From Camelus ferus (Eukaryota), in the NCBI RefSeq assembly GCF_009834535.1, contig NC_045696.1, forward strand, positions 105,154,001 to 105,218,000: a stretch of 64,000 nt of DNA, given 5' to 3'. Both the position numbers and the translations under genes were made by a program. The notes under the pieces were generated by a model. It had not been told where the DNA came from. It did no database searches and saw only the letters and a list, made by a program, of their open reading frames with translations. Positions within the stretch are counted from its first letter, which is position 1. Each line of letters opens with the position of its first letter. Shown in pieces: positions 1 to 13,100 of the stretch.

Positions 1-39
1 TCCCCTTCACCTCTCTCTGTGTTGGCTCCTCTGTCTCCT

Positions 40-640
40 AGATCTTGCGGGGTTTGTTTTGTTCTGTTTTTGCTTTCTTGGACTCCATTTTTGTAGAGGC
101 TACCCTTCTAAAATACGGGTGCATGAGAGGTCATTGTTTCATCCTTGACAGTTTGCCCATGCAGAGAATTCTAGCCTGGAAAACATTTCCCCTAAGGATT
201 TTGAAGAATTGCTCTTTATCTGCCAGCATCCTGGGTTCCTGTTAAGAAGTCTGATGCCGTTTTGATTCCCACTTATTTTTATATGATTCATTCCCTCTCC
301 CTCTCCCTCCCTCATCTCTCTCTGAACGTTTTTAGGATCTTTGCTCCATCTCTGGTACTATGGCCTTGGTATGGGTCATTTTTCACCCACTGTGCTGGGC
401 ATGTGACAGGCCCTTTGTCTTTGAAACTCAAGTCCTTCAGTTTGAGAAATGTACTTTTATTATGTCTTTGATAATTTCCTCCCACCAATCTTTTCTGCTC
501 TCCCTTTCTGGAACTCCTATTAGTTAGATTTAGACCTTGTAGATTGAGTCCATAATTTTCTTTTCCTTTTTTTTTTTCCTTTTTGGTCTTATTTCTACTT
601 TTTTGTTCTCCATCCTAGAATACTTCTCTTGACTTCTACA
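40..640 (-). mobile_element. Ancient L1 remnant, antisense
   Basis: T-rich decayed sequence with L1M-like blocks (TCTTTGATAATTTCCTCCC...TTCTGGAACTCCTATTAG). Resembles ~47640-48110. Confidence 0.5.
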
Positions 641-3600
641 TGTGGGTGATAAACTAGACAGTCACCATTCTGGTGGGAGCTGAGTGATAAAAGAAGCTGG
701 GCTCTCCCTCATCAGTTCCAAACTTTGACTTGACTCCTCTGTCTCAACGCCATTCCCAGAGCCCCTCTGCTCTGTGTTGGAAGTCCTGCCTGTTTCAGAG
801 CCATCCCTCATCACCAGCCAAGGAAGAGAAGGTCTGGGGTTCTACCTACTCCTTCCACAGACTTGTATTCTACCAACCTGTCTTGGGACTTACCCTGTGT
901 TCACAGCTACCCAGTCATGTGCATTTCAGCATCTCCACCACCAGCACCCCATCTTCCCAACCTTGTTGACCCATTGCCTTCTTTACTCCTAATCAGTTTG
1001 TCTTGGCAGATTTATACCATTTTTATTCCTTTTTTCATTTTATTGGTGTCTCAGGAGGGAAGAGGGATACATGCATGTGTGCAAAGCATCTTGTTTAAGT
1101 CCGAGTCTCTGCTTTTATTTCTTTTGTTTCAAAAATCGCAATTTTATATTGTTTCCTACCAAACAGAACTGTGATGTGTATTTCACAATTTAAATTGCCA
1201 AATTTCTTACTTTTGACAGTTGAAACACATTTTCTAGAGCCTTAAAAACTTCTGGGAATTTCAAGAAAGAATAAATTCACCCCACTTCAAACTCTATATG
1301 TCTGCTTAGGAGCCAATCATCAAGTACTCAGCGGGAGTTGACTGAATTATTACTACATTATTAAACTGGATACTCAGCTCTCTGTAAGATCTAGAGGTGG
1401 TGGCAGCACTCACAGAAGGACAGGTTCCAGACAGGTGGGGAAGGGAGACCCCTTGGGGCAGCCTGGACAGGAGGTGGGGGAAAGAAAGGAGAGGGAAGGT
1501 CTGGAGGGACATGAGGGTACCACCCTTCTGTTGTCACCCTAACTTCACTGTGCAGTTGGACCACTGGGTGGGTCAGCCACACCTCTGGGGCACAGGTGAA
1601 GCACACAGAATTGCTGAACTTGGCCTCTCCAACTGGACAGTGCAGGGAGGAAGTGGGCCTTCACTCCAGAAAGATGTGGAAGGAGTGAAATGAGATGATA
1701 AATCTGAAAGCTCTTGGAAAATAAAAGGGCTATATAAATGCACAGGGTCATTACCGGATCTCGTGCGGCTGTGACAAGTCTGGCCCTAACTCATTGTAAC
1801 ATTATGGGGCAAGTATATTACAATAATCTGTGGTGGAGATAGAACTATCCTTTGTACATGGCAAATGTCTAGAAGGCCTGTGAGGAAATGCAGTATTTAT
1901 TAAAGAAATTAAACCAGGGCGTCCAAGGTGGACTCAAGAAGAGATCTGCTCCCTCCCTGAGATCTCAGAGGAATGTGTGTTAAGATGGTGGCCTCCCAAA
2001 ATGGAGGGAGTCTGGGCCCCTGAGTCACCAGGTCGGAGCCAGCTTTTACTGACCCGTATCACACCTGATTTAAGTGAGAAATAAATGACTGTGCTAAGCC
2101 ACTGGGATTAGGGGATTTCTTTGTTACCACAATAGAACCTGACCCCCATGTCTAAGAAGCTTAGCCCGAGATGGACGCTGCCCCCACGCTGGGACAGTGA
2201 TGAGAAGAGAGAGGATACAAAGGTGTTCCCCGCAGGCCCAGAGGTGGAGCTGAGACCAGAAGCGAACCCTTTATTCAGCATTCTGGGGTAAGTCAACCAG
2301 AAGTGGCTGGACTGGAAACAGTTCACCTGACCAGACTTTACTTGTTCATCTTCCATATGGAGTCTCCCACAGAGCGCCTCCCTCTGTCTCCTGTGCACCC
2401 CCTACGTGGTAGCCCCACAGGGCCATGTCACAGCCTACTATGGAACCAGTCTGCCTCACCTGTTTCAAGGCACGTGTTAGCCATGGTCTCCCTCACTACA
2501 GAGGCCCTGCCGTTCCTCAGAGGCAAGGGTCTCCCCTTCACGTGGGACCTCCTTTCAGAACTCCCTTGCAGAATCGCACAGTCACCCTACCTTGGGTCTC
2601 TGCTGCAGGAGCAGGTGCAGGAAGGGTGGCTTCTTACCAACCCTCCCCATTCATGGTGAAATACAAGGATGCCTTGGTTCCAACTAAAATGATAAACTAG
2701 AAATCCCTTCAACAGTCTGTATTTCAATAGCCCTGAATATCCAGGGTCATGTGCCCCTGTAAGGATTGGATGAAATCAGAAAAGCAAATACACATGCGAG
2801 TAACAAAATGCTGAGTGTGGATTCAGAACTGCCTGCAAAGCTGCACACAGGGAGGACAGCTGCTGTGTAGAAGCCAGCAGAGACCGCAGAGAACTCTTAG
2901 ATGGGGCTCTGCTTCCATTTGAGAACTTGAAACTGAGGTTGCAGGGTAAGAACACAAGCTCCACCATCCGCTATTTTGTTTGAAGCCCTGTGAGTTTCAG
3001 AACACACACATCCATATTCACACATAAGAATAAACACCAAACAAACCAAAAACAGAAAGATTGTTGGATGGCGTACCACTTTGGAATATCCACCTGTGTC
3101 TGTCCCATCCAGAACTGCTCACTGTTGTGTGTCAAGGGCTGACTGCCATGAAGTCTAATTAAAGGGAGAAATGGAAAAAAATGTGAATCGTGAACACAAA
3201 TCTTGCACACCCCTCTAAGGAAAGATGTGTGTTTTCAAGTTTGCCTTAAACACCACTGAATTGTTTCATTCCTCACAGACCAGAAGCCAGCCTTCCTTTC
3301 CGGGTTAGAAATTGTGCAAACATGGCACATCTTCAGCATGCCTTGCTAACCACAGATTCCATTATGTGTTTAATAATTGACTATTCAATAGAGCATTGAT
3401 GCATTTTTGTCTGGAACTAATTCACCTTTGTCTGCGCCTCGGCACGAATGTTCGGTGAATCACAGATGGGATCTTCGGGTGCCACTGCCCAGCACAGAGA
3501 CACATCGTTGGATTATTCCTGTCAGGACCTGTGCTCAGAGATGTTCTCGCATGCTAAAGCCACCTGAAAATGTGATTTATGAAAGCCGCCGAGGACGGGA

Positions 3601-4371
3601 CTACACCTTTTCCCTTCTAATGAGAGCTAACAAATCACAGTCTGCAGGCCGCTTACACCAGGGTAGAAATTGTCGGCTGCAAAATTAACAAAAATGAACG
3701 TCCTTCCAGCCCATTAGGACCGTGGAGCGACCCAGCTGGAAATCGGGCTGAGATCTGTTAGTTGGGGAAGTAAGTATTAATACACGCGTACGTCTGGACT
3801 TCCCTGCGGTGAAAAGAAAATCCCTGCTCCCTCCTAAAGAATTTCTGCCTTGGCTTTATTGGTTGGGACTGATGAATCTGAACAGCGCCACAAACAGCAC
3901 CAACGGTGTATAATTTTGTGATGAACTGGGCTCACCATCCTGCAGGGAGCTTTCCTAGGAAGGACCAGCCCTGTATCTAGGCTCGGACACTGATCGGGGT
4001 TGGCGTGGCATGAAAGCTACAGATTTAAAAAGGGGAGGGGAAGAATGTATTCCCAAACTGTTCTTATCCATTGCAATTACCTTGGCTACTTTTACACCAG
4101 AAGCAAAGCACTAGCTGGAGCGGAGGTGCCCTCCAGCAGGAGCAGGCCCAGATGCCTCTGCCCGGCCGTGAAACAGTGTTCTAGGATGAGGGAAGTATTT
4201 CTTTTAGTCTTTTGTAAAAGCTGGGTATATGATTTGATAGCTAGCGTATTGTTTCATAAAATTATCCATTCATTTAAAAAGTCCAGCGACAGCAGTCAAT
4301 GGCAAGATTGCCTTCTTGCTGTAGCTTGAATTTACCAATGGAATTTCCATTGCTTGGAAATGTAAGATCAA

Positions 4372-4504
4372 TTTTTTTAATAATATATTTTTAATTTTAT
4401 TTATTTATTTTGTTATTATTATTTTTAATGGAGGTACTGGGGATTGAACCCAGGACCTCGTACCTGCTAAGCGCGTGCTCTACCACTAAGCTATTACCCT
4501 CCCC
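4372..4504 (-). mobile_element. tRNA-derived SINE (camelid Vic-1-like)
   Basis: Reverse complement of GGGGAGGGTAATAGCTTAGTGGTAGAGC...GGTCCTGGGTTCAATCCCCAGTACCTCC (Pol III A and B boxes) with an AT-rich tail. Degenerate flanking repeat aagatcaatttt / aggatctactttt. Confidence 0.85.
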
Positions 4505-4989
4505 AGGATCTACTTTTTATTTTAGTGGTTGTCCTAAAGTAACGGGTGATTAAATTCATTTACTCCATTACAGGGCTCTACCCTTCTGTTCATCTCAGGG
4601 AGGAAAAATATTACCCGACTCTCTCTGCCATCCTTGTTGCTTTAACTTATTTCATTCTGTTAACTTGAGTACAGACCTGCACAGTAACATGGCCCAGAGG
4701 CCAAGGACCACCTGTGCTTCCAGGGGCAGCCAGAGCCTGTGATTTAAGCCACAGCTATAATCAAGTCTGCAACTGGGCCAAGATTGGAAAATTTGGCTTG
4801 CTGATCAATTATTTTTTTCACTAATCAGCAGAGTTGTTAAAATACCCTCAAAACCATGGCCCAGACCTCAGAGCCTCTTCAATGAACAGGACCCAGCTAC
4901 TGTTTTCCCTTTATTATCTTTTTCAGAAGTCTAGCTAGAGAATAAGCCCCCAATATTTTTAGCTATAATAACAACTTCAACTTAATAGA

Positions 4990-5190
4990 GCCCTTACTCA
5001 AATGCAGGCTCTGTTGTATGTGTTGTACCTATTAATTTATTTAATTACAGTAATCATATAAGTAAAAATATGGAAACGAAGGCACAGAGAGGTTTACAAT
5101 TTACTCAAGATCACACAGCCAGTAGCAGAACCAGGCTTCGGAACTCAGTCCATCCGGTGCCACAGTTTATGCACTAAATCACAGTGTTTG
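4990..5190 (-). mobile_element. MIR SINE
   Basis: GGAAACGAAGGCACAGAGAGGTTTACAATTTACTCAAGATCACACAGC core. Confidence 0.7.
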
Positions 5191-5403
5191 CTGTCCTCAC
5201 GTGGAATAAAAATGCAGAATGTGATTGTATCATTGATATTTTTTGCTGTAAATTTCTTCATTCAAAGCACAGCATTGTAATAAACCTTAAAGGCGATAGG
5301 TGATTCTACCAGAGAGGGAGGGTTACTGGCCAGACACTGGCCTGCCTGGTTTCCTGCCCCGCATTCTCTCCAATCCCCACACTTGGGGAAAAGAATGAGG
5401 CAC

Positions 5404-5957
5404 TGTTACCCCAAAAGAAGAAGACCTCGGTTCTTGTCACACCTGAAAGATAAGTTTACAGTTGGGAGACAGTGTGTTGTACAGCGGTAGATTTTTAAAA
5501 ATTTATTTAGAATAGGACAAGTACATCTTCAAGAATGGGAGGCGGGCTGACGCAAGGGAGGAAAAGCAGCGGATTTTGTCTCTTTCTCTTATACCCTTGC
5601 TTACAGGTGGTCTCTTGATTGATTGACAGCTCTTGTCCCGGGAATGCTTAGTCATGGTTGGCCCCTTTGCACGTGTCCTTACTCATGGTGCACACAGAAA
5701 AACCCAGTGGGGTGGGGGGGGGGTGCCTAAACCACAATGTTAACTGTAATACAATGAGCATTGGGTTGTGTCTGCTTAAGTCCTTTCTGCTACCACTGCA
5801 GTCGTGGCTGTCAGGTTCTAACCGGTTTCTTGCTGGCACTCACTTAGAAGAAGTAAAGCCCCTTTATGCTGGAGGCAGGCATGCCACCATCTTCCAGACC
5901 ATCCTCCCTCTCCTCCACCTGTCTGCCTGGTGCCCCCACTTATCTAACTACCTAGCA
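5404..5957 (-). mobile_element. ERV1-type solo LTR
   Basis: TG...CA termini (TGTTACC...CTAGCA), near-identical 4-bp flanks GCAC/GTAC, minus-strand AATAAA (~5502-5507) and TATA-like TATAAG (~5588-5593). Confidence 0.65.
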
Positions 5958-8208
5958 GTACCATTTGCTGACAGTCCAAATGGGCCAGACACTGGCTTGA
6001 AATTTACCCCTATGAGGTAGGTGTCAGAATTCCCACTGATACAGATAACCCTTAAGTGTGAGAAGCCAGCCCACAGCTCTACAGTCCCTAAATGACAGAA
6101 TTAGGATTTGAGGCCATCAGTCACTCCCTGGGCCAGTCTGACTCACTCTTCCCGCTGCAGCCTGGCTTATAGGCTGCTTCCTGCCCAGCCTGCCTCTCCA
6201 GCCTCACCTTCTCCATTCTTGCTCTCCCTGAATTATTTCTATCCCCCAGGTGTCATTGGGCCAGTGCCCAGGCTCCTCTAAATCCCACCTCAGTCTGTCT
6301 AGCGCTTCTCAAAGCTCAGCTCAGATGCTGTTTCTTCAAGAAGGCTTTCCTGGACATCCTCCAACTCCATTCCCCACCCCCACCACCAAGGCTGAGCGCC
6401 CTCTGGGCTCCCTTGGCACCTAATGCTTACCTCTATCATGGCCCACCAATCAATGTCATTGTCCTTGACTTCTCTGTACCCCTTGAGGCCAGAGCTGGGT
6501 CAGATTCATTCTCTAGCTCAGAGCCAAGACCATGACCTGGCCCAATCAGGACTCAAAAATTATTTGTGGGAAGAAAGGAAGGGAGAGAGAGAGCGAGGAA
6601 TTCTGTCCCCTACAGATCTGCCATACCTCCCTTCCAGCCCTACCTGGTCTGACCTCCCATTATCACCTGACTTTCAGATCTGACAAGGATGCTGATTTCT
6701 CTATCCCCAGATCAGGGCACAAGTTCCCAGGCTAGGGCGGTAAACTGACCCTGCAGTCAATTTTTAGTCTTCCCGAAGGGCACGATTTGTTGGCTGGTGA
6801 TCCGCAGTGAATTTTTAATCACAGATCAGCTGCTGCCCCCCTGCCCCACCATCCCTGCCAAGTCTCAGTGCCGCCTGTGCTGAGGGGCCCGGGAGTCTGT
6901 TTGGCTAGAATCTGCAGTGAAACTAATCAGGAAGGAGGATTGCTGCTTAAGCCTCTGCACTGGCTGCTGAGCCTCCTACAAACATTTTCACATGGTAAAG
7001 TCCTCTCAGTTCTTGGGACAGCTCAGAGCTGAGAGATTAAGAGTTGTAAGGGTAGTTTTCTTATCCCAGCTTATAAGGGTCATCATTACTGGGGGGAGGG
7101 GGGTGGAAGTTGGTGAAATAAAATATGTTAATAAGGGACCAGTGTGGATCTAGGCTTCCCAAGTCATAAAGACTTTAATTTCTGTGAACTCCATGAATTT
7201 TCACAATGACAACATAGGAGGACAGGTCATTAAAGCTATTATTTGACTGGGTGCTTCTGAGAAGCCAGGTCCTAGACACACTTGCTTTATAAACACTGTT
7301 TCGTTTATGCCCACAGAATCTGTAGCGTTCTTATTTCACAGGTGGAACCCAGGGATATTAAATCTCTTGCCTAAAGTCATACAGCTAGGAGATGGGAGGG
7401 CTGGAGCTTGAAATTCAGGTCTGTCTGATAACAAAGGCTGTGCACGTGACCACTGTAACAAAAGCAACATGCCCATTTTGCAGATGAGAAATAAATCCAC
7501 AGTAGACCCAGGCCAGGATTTAAGAAAAGCTGCGGAGGAATGAACACGGGCTCCAGAGAGAATGGGATGGACATCTCGGCTCTGCCACTCACAAGAGGTG
7601 TGGCCTAGGGCAGGTTGCCTTGTCTCTGTCTCCTCATTTGCAAAATAGGGAAATAGCACCTGTCTCACAAGATTATTTGCTGCAAAGCTTCTCAAGGTGC
7701 TGCTCTGAGAAAAATCAAAAGATTCTCGCTTTGGCCATCTTCTAGACTCTGGGAGCCTGAGCCGTAAGTCTTCTGAAAGCAATGAGTCACTGCAGGCTCA
7801 GGCTTTCTGTGTTAAATGTTCATTCATTCAATGACCACAGGGTGGAAGGAATCATGACTATTGTTGGGTCCTGACAGTGATTCAAACTCTGTTCTGGGCA
7901 TTCTTGCATGTTTGCGACAGGACTGCAAGGCAGGTATTTTTAGACATTTTATAGATGAGGATACTGAGGCACAGAGAGGTGAGGTGAGGGTCTCAAGGTC
8001 CGGTCTGGGACAGAGATCAGGTGGCCTGGCCCCACCAACTTTGCTGGCTCATCCTGCCTGTGATTTGTCACAGCTGTCAGTCACCTCCAGGAAACCACCT
8101 TCCCTTGTCCACCTGAACTTTGATGAAGAAACAAGACCATCTCACCTAGATAGGTTTGGTTGAATTGTAGACAGCACAGCTCTACCAGGCTAAGAATTTA
8201 GTTATTTG

Positions 8209-8209
8209 G

Positions 8210-8248
<39 letters not shown>

Positions 8249-8251
8249 TTT
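8209..8251. repeat. (TTTA)n microsatellite
   Basis: Direct read. Confidence 0.93.
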
Positions 8252-9694
8252 TTGCTTTTCAAAAGAAAATGCATTCATCACGTGGGCAAGAGCTTTTTCC
8301 TCCTGTCTGCAAATAATATTGTTTCTTCTTCTTGGTACCAAAGGGAATTTACTTAAAAGTAAAAAAAACAAAAAAAAAAACCAAAAACAGGAAAAAGAGA
8401 GAAAAAGAAAGGAAGAAATTACCGTGAATAGAAGACCTAGGGGACATAATTACAGAAATACTGCAGGTTCTGCATTAGCTAGAAAATTGCAGCCATTTCA
8501 TTGTGGGAGTAAAGCTATTTTCTTTTATTTTAAAGTGGATCCTTCACCTTCCAAAGGGCTAATTATGGTGCTGCTTACATGTTGTGCTCATAGGCTCCAA
8601 TTTCATCTTTTCATTAACCACAATGGCAAATAACAAAATTGCGCCTGCACTCTGGAAGCATCTTCGTGCCGGTGGCTCCCGGAACAGGCAGGAGGGACCC
8701 AGCAATCACTCATCTCGTGACTCAGGCCATGTTTTCCATAATTGAGCCCACCAAGGACCTTGTCAGAGGGCCCTCCCCGAGCTCAGTCGGGAAGAATTCA
8801 TAAAATAAAGCGGGTGGGCGGACGGAGGCGGGAGAAGGTCCAGGGAGGGTGAGCAGAGAGAAAGCAACACAATAGCTGTTAAAAAGGAAATGCCCTAAAA
8901 TGATGTTTGTGGAGAGTTTTTAATGATGTGAGAGACTGGAATATAATGCTTAGGAGAAAAGGCAGGATATACAATATGTGGACAGTATGATTTCAACTGT
9001 GTTGAATATCTATATCTCAATATATAGCTATCATGATATTTGACTCTATTTGATAGTTTATACATCTCAATCACCAGACTTTTTTAAATATCCAAATACT
9101 CACCTCAATCTCACAGAAATGCAGAGATTCAAAACCTCCTCCTTGAGATTTCAAGGATCCCTGTGGATTTCATTTTTCTAGGGATTGCTCCTCACCTCTT
9201 ATTCCAAACCCTCCTCTTGGCTCCCTCGGCACAGTTCCACAGCACCTGGCTCCTCCTCAAGCCACGTCATCCCTCTCAGGACAAGGACCCACCTCCTGCA
9301 TTCCCCCAAGAGCCCAGCAGCATCAGGCTGTTTTGTGAAACAGACTTTTATCCTAAAGGTTTGAGGTTGAGGTCGATGCACGGCAGAGGGTGGAGCAGTG
9401 CTGAGAGCTGAAAATCATGCTTTAGTCTCTGAAGTCCACTGCACATGCTGGGTCCCAATCAAGCAAAATCAGCTTGACTTCTTGTCTGAAAAAGCAGGCT
9501 AATGCTGGTGTCGCTGGGTTTCATGTTGCCTCTGTGTGTGTGTGTTCCTGTTCCTCTCCGGCTCTCTGTGTGTCCCTCTCTGTGTCTTTCTATGCCCCCT
9601 ACTCTGCATTCCATCCTTCTGTGTCATTTTCTCTCTCTGGCTGTCCTTCACTGTCTCCCTATGTGTATCTCTGTCTTAGGCTTCCCACTGTGTT

Positions 9695-10163
9695 TGAGGC
9701 AGGCTGGGACCTGGGACCGTTTACTGCAGTGCTTACACCTGGGCAAATGTCTCCTCAAGCGAAAGAATACAAAAAAAAACTGTAAATGACCAAAAATAAC
9801 TGTGTACATGCACAGTTGGGGCAAATCACGAACAACAAGATACAAAAAGGCCAAAACCCAGCTGCCGCTTCTGAGGTGTCTGAGGCAAAAGCAGGGACTA
9901 CGCACGATCCCTGCACACAGCACCACCAAGGGGGTGGGCCGCCACCTAAGCCACCCCTCCTGTCCTGACCCACTGCTCCGCCGGTACCCTCAGCCCATTT
10001 AAGGGACCAGCTCACCCCGACTCAGGGAGAAAGCAAAGGAACCTGTTACTTCTTCTTGCTCCCTTGGGCTGTAGCACGAGTTCCAATAAAGCCTTGCCTG
10101 AATTTCTTGTCTGGCCTCTTATCAATTTCTATTGATTGATTCCAAGAACCCTGGCCAGTAACA
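9695..10163 (+). mobile_element. ERV1-type solo LTR (469 bp)
   Basis: Starts TGAGGCAGG, ends GTAACA. Perfect 4-bp TSD TGTT (9691-9694 and 10164-10167). TATA-like ATTTAAG near 9997 and AATAAA at 10085-10090. Confidence 0.82.
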
Positions 10164-13100
10164 TGTTCACATCCTTTCTTTCCTAATTTCCGGAGCCCCC
10201 CAAAATAGAACCCCCCTTCCTCTCTGCTTTCAACAGACAACTAAAAAACTTCTGTCTGATTAGCATGCAGACAATCCAGAAAACTTTTCTTTCAACGTTT
10301 TCCATCCAGACTAGCCAGGGAGGGTAAGGGATGGGAGATAATAAACCCCATTAAGGTGTCTTCCCAAACAAATGTCTTCCTTGTCCTTCTGCCCAAACCC
10401 AGAAACAGCTGCAGCTTTAAAAATAGCTTGCTTTCATCTTTTGAAGGAAATATGCCAAAATTTTAACACTGTCTTTGGGTGGCAAGAAATGCTTTAATGT
10501 TATTTATTTCTTCCTATTATTCTGAGTTTTCCAAATTGTCCAAGGCAAGCCTGAACTACTTTATCATAATAAAATCTCCCATGTATTAGGCACCTGCCAG
10601 ATATCTGCTTTAATCTTCACAACAGTCCTAGATATTAATAGGTCCATTTAGAAGTTCAGAAAGGTCAGGCAACTTGCTCAAGTTCACACAAGCAGAGGTG
10701 ACGATCAAACTAGATGTTAGGTCCCCAGCCACTAAATCACATGGCTCATAGAGGCCTATCCTCAGCTTTACCTGCAGGTGCAGAGGCTTTCACACACCCA
10801 AAAGCTCACTGGATCCACTAGATCATCTGAGCTGCCTTGCCCCCCTCCTCACTGTAAACGCAAGTGGTCCTGTAGGTTATGATTCACCATATTAGCCTTC
10901 CCCAGGGGAGAATTCTACCTTACCGCATCAGACCTGTGACTTGTGGGAGGACTAGACATCCTGAGCCTGTTGAACTTGGAAGTGGCATATGACTTGCTTG
11001 GCTTAATAACACATGAATAGAAAGGCCATATCACCAGCCAGCTTATGGTTCTCTGTGTCTTTCTCCCTTTGGCCACAAGGCCACACCCCCACCAAGAAGG
11101 TCCAGGTGTAAACAGGGAACAGAGCTATAGTGGGCCGGGGATGGACATGTAGCTTGAGCAAGAAATAGATCATCATTTATGTAAGCCATTGAGAGGCAAG
11201 GGTTGTTGGCTACCACAGCATCACTTAGCCTTAGCTGACTGACTCAGTTTATACAAAACTGCAAATGCACAGGGAGTCACTAATGCGTTTCCTACTTCCT
11301 CTTCGTGGAACGGAAATATAGGGGGAGTCTCGACCAAAGCAGCAGTGTGAAGTTCCACCTGTCTTTCCAAAAATGATCTTGGGAAAATGATCTCTTCCTC
11401 TAGGGTGTATTTCTGCAGCACATTCTCTTGATGGGGCCAAGCTGTCTAAACCAGTCCCAGTTACAGGCTCAGGAACTGCGCAAGGGACACAGGCCAATGA
11501 GCACCTGGCTGAAGGTCATAGAGGACCACACGGAAGGGAGCACTCTACCCACTGTCCTCCCCTCAAGGGGCACTAAGCCCCCATTAACTGCAGCCACAAA
11601 TGGAGGCTCCAGGCTCAGGTGCCATCTGGGCAAAGGGGGAACAATAAAAATGGACAGAGGGAAGGCTCAGGGTAGTGCAGGCAATTACCTGCTATGGGCT
11701 GAGATCCAGAGAGTAACACAGCCTTCACAGGCAGCCTGTGCTCTTTGTGCTTTTAGCAAAGCTGCCTTCGAGGAAAGAATGGTGACTTAACCTCAAAGCT
11801 GAAGGCACAGAGGAAAAAGATTTGCTGTCATTACTGATGAATAGGCAGGAGAGAGAGCAGACACTGCTTCTGCCCCTGGATGGAGCAGTCTAGTAATTTT
11901 TCATAGAATCCTAGTGGTGAGCAGGATGGGGTAGTGGTGGGTGGATGCAATCATCTTACCCCTATGTGACTCTATTGGTAGTTCTGTTGCTAAAGTATCT
12001 TTATTCAATTTTCTCTTTTCTTGGGCTGTTTCATCCTTCCTGCATTCTTTTATCTGGCTCATCATCCTTTCCTTCACTCATGCCATAATGCATTCATTCT
12101 TTCACTCATTCAGCCAGTGGGACCTCTGAGTGCAGCACTGTTCCCAGACATCAGCAGCCTGAGTGGCATGCAGAGGAGGTGTGGGCAAGGTGACAGGGCA
12201 GGGACCAGGAGAGCCAAGATTCATGGCTGAGCTTTTACTCCTTGGGTACAAGAACTCAGTGGTGAGGATTTCAGTTCAAGCTGTTATTTCAGAGTCTGAG
12301 ATAGGAACAAAACCTCTCTCTTGCTACAGACACAGCACTCACCTCTGCCTCACTTTGCCAGAAAATTTGGCCCAGAGCCATGAACTGTGTGGGGACGTAG
12401 GCCAGTCTGTGAGCTCCCATAGACAAAGACTGGTTGGTAGGAGGTATGGCAGACATGGAGATGCCTGGCTTAGATCCACCTTCCAAAAGACTGGCTTCCC
12501 TAGTGGGAGGGGTGTGGCTTCCTGACAGCCTCTGGCTGGTAGCTTTTTCAGGGTCTGCCCCAGATTCTAACCCAAAGTTTACTGCAAGGACATGGATCAT
12601 GGAGGGCTGCATGGAGGAGGAGGGATATCTGAGACTTGAAGAGGGAGCTCCCTGAGGACACAGGTACAAACCAAAGCCCATGGCGTACTCTACACACATG
12701 TATTTAGAAATCTTAGTGAAGAACAAGGTATCACTCAGGCCTCTCTGGGCACCAGCAACAGAAACTGATTCTGGATAATGCAAAAGAAAAGATTTACATG
12801 GAGGCCACAGAGAAGCTAAAGAACCAGGGAAGGGACAGACAGAAACCTGGCAGCTCTGGGGCCCTGTGTTGTAGGAGCTCTTCAACAGTTCCACTGTGGC
12901 ACTGCCATGAAAATGGAAAAAGGCCACTATTTCAGTAAACTAGTTTCTCTGATCACCATTCAACTTCTAGGGAGAAATAGAGTGTCGTCCCATTAACTAG
13001 AATATGGTCTGATGCCTTGATTAGTAGACTTGGCAAGACAGGATGCATATGGTGAGAAGAGAACCAGGAGGATATGAGGGCACAGAGCCAAGGGAGAAAT

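Noticed and set aside
6394..6410. CTCF-like AGCGCCCTCTGG (also CCCACCTCCAGTGGC near 58616)
   Set aside because: Only partial matches, inside L2-like sequence. Cannot be supported without PWM scoring or ChIP data.
12289..12927. 212-aa minus-strand ORF
   Set aside because: No recognisable protein similarity, Ser/Leu-rich random composition, partly overlaps LTR-like sequence.
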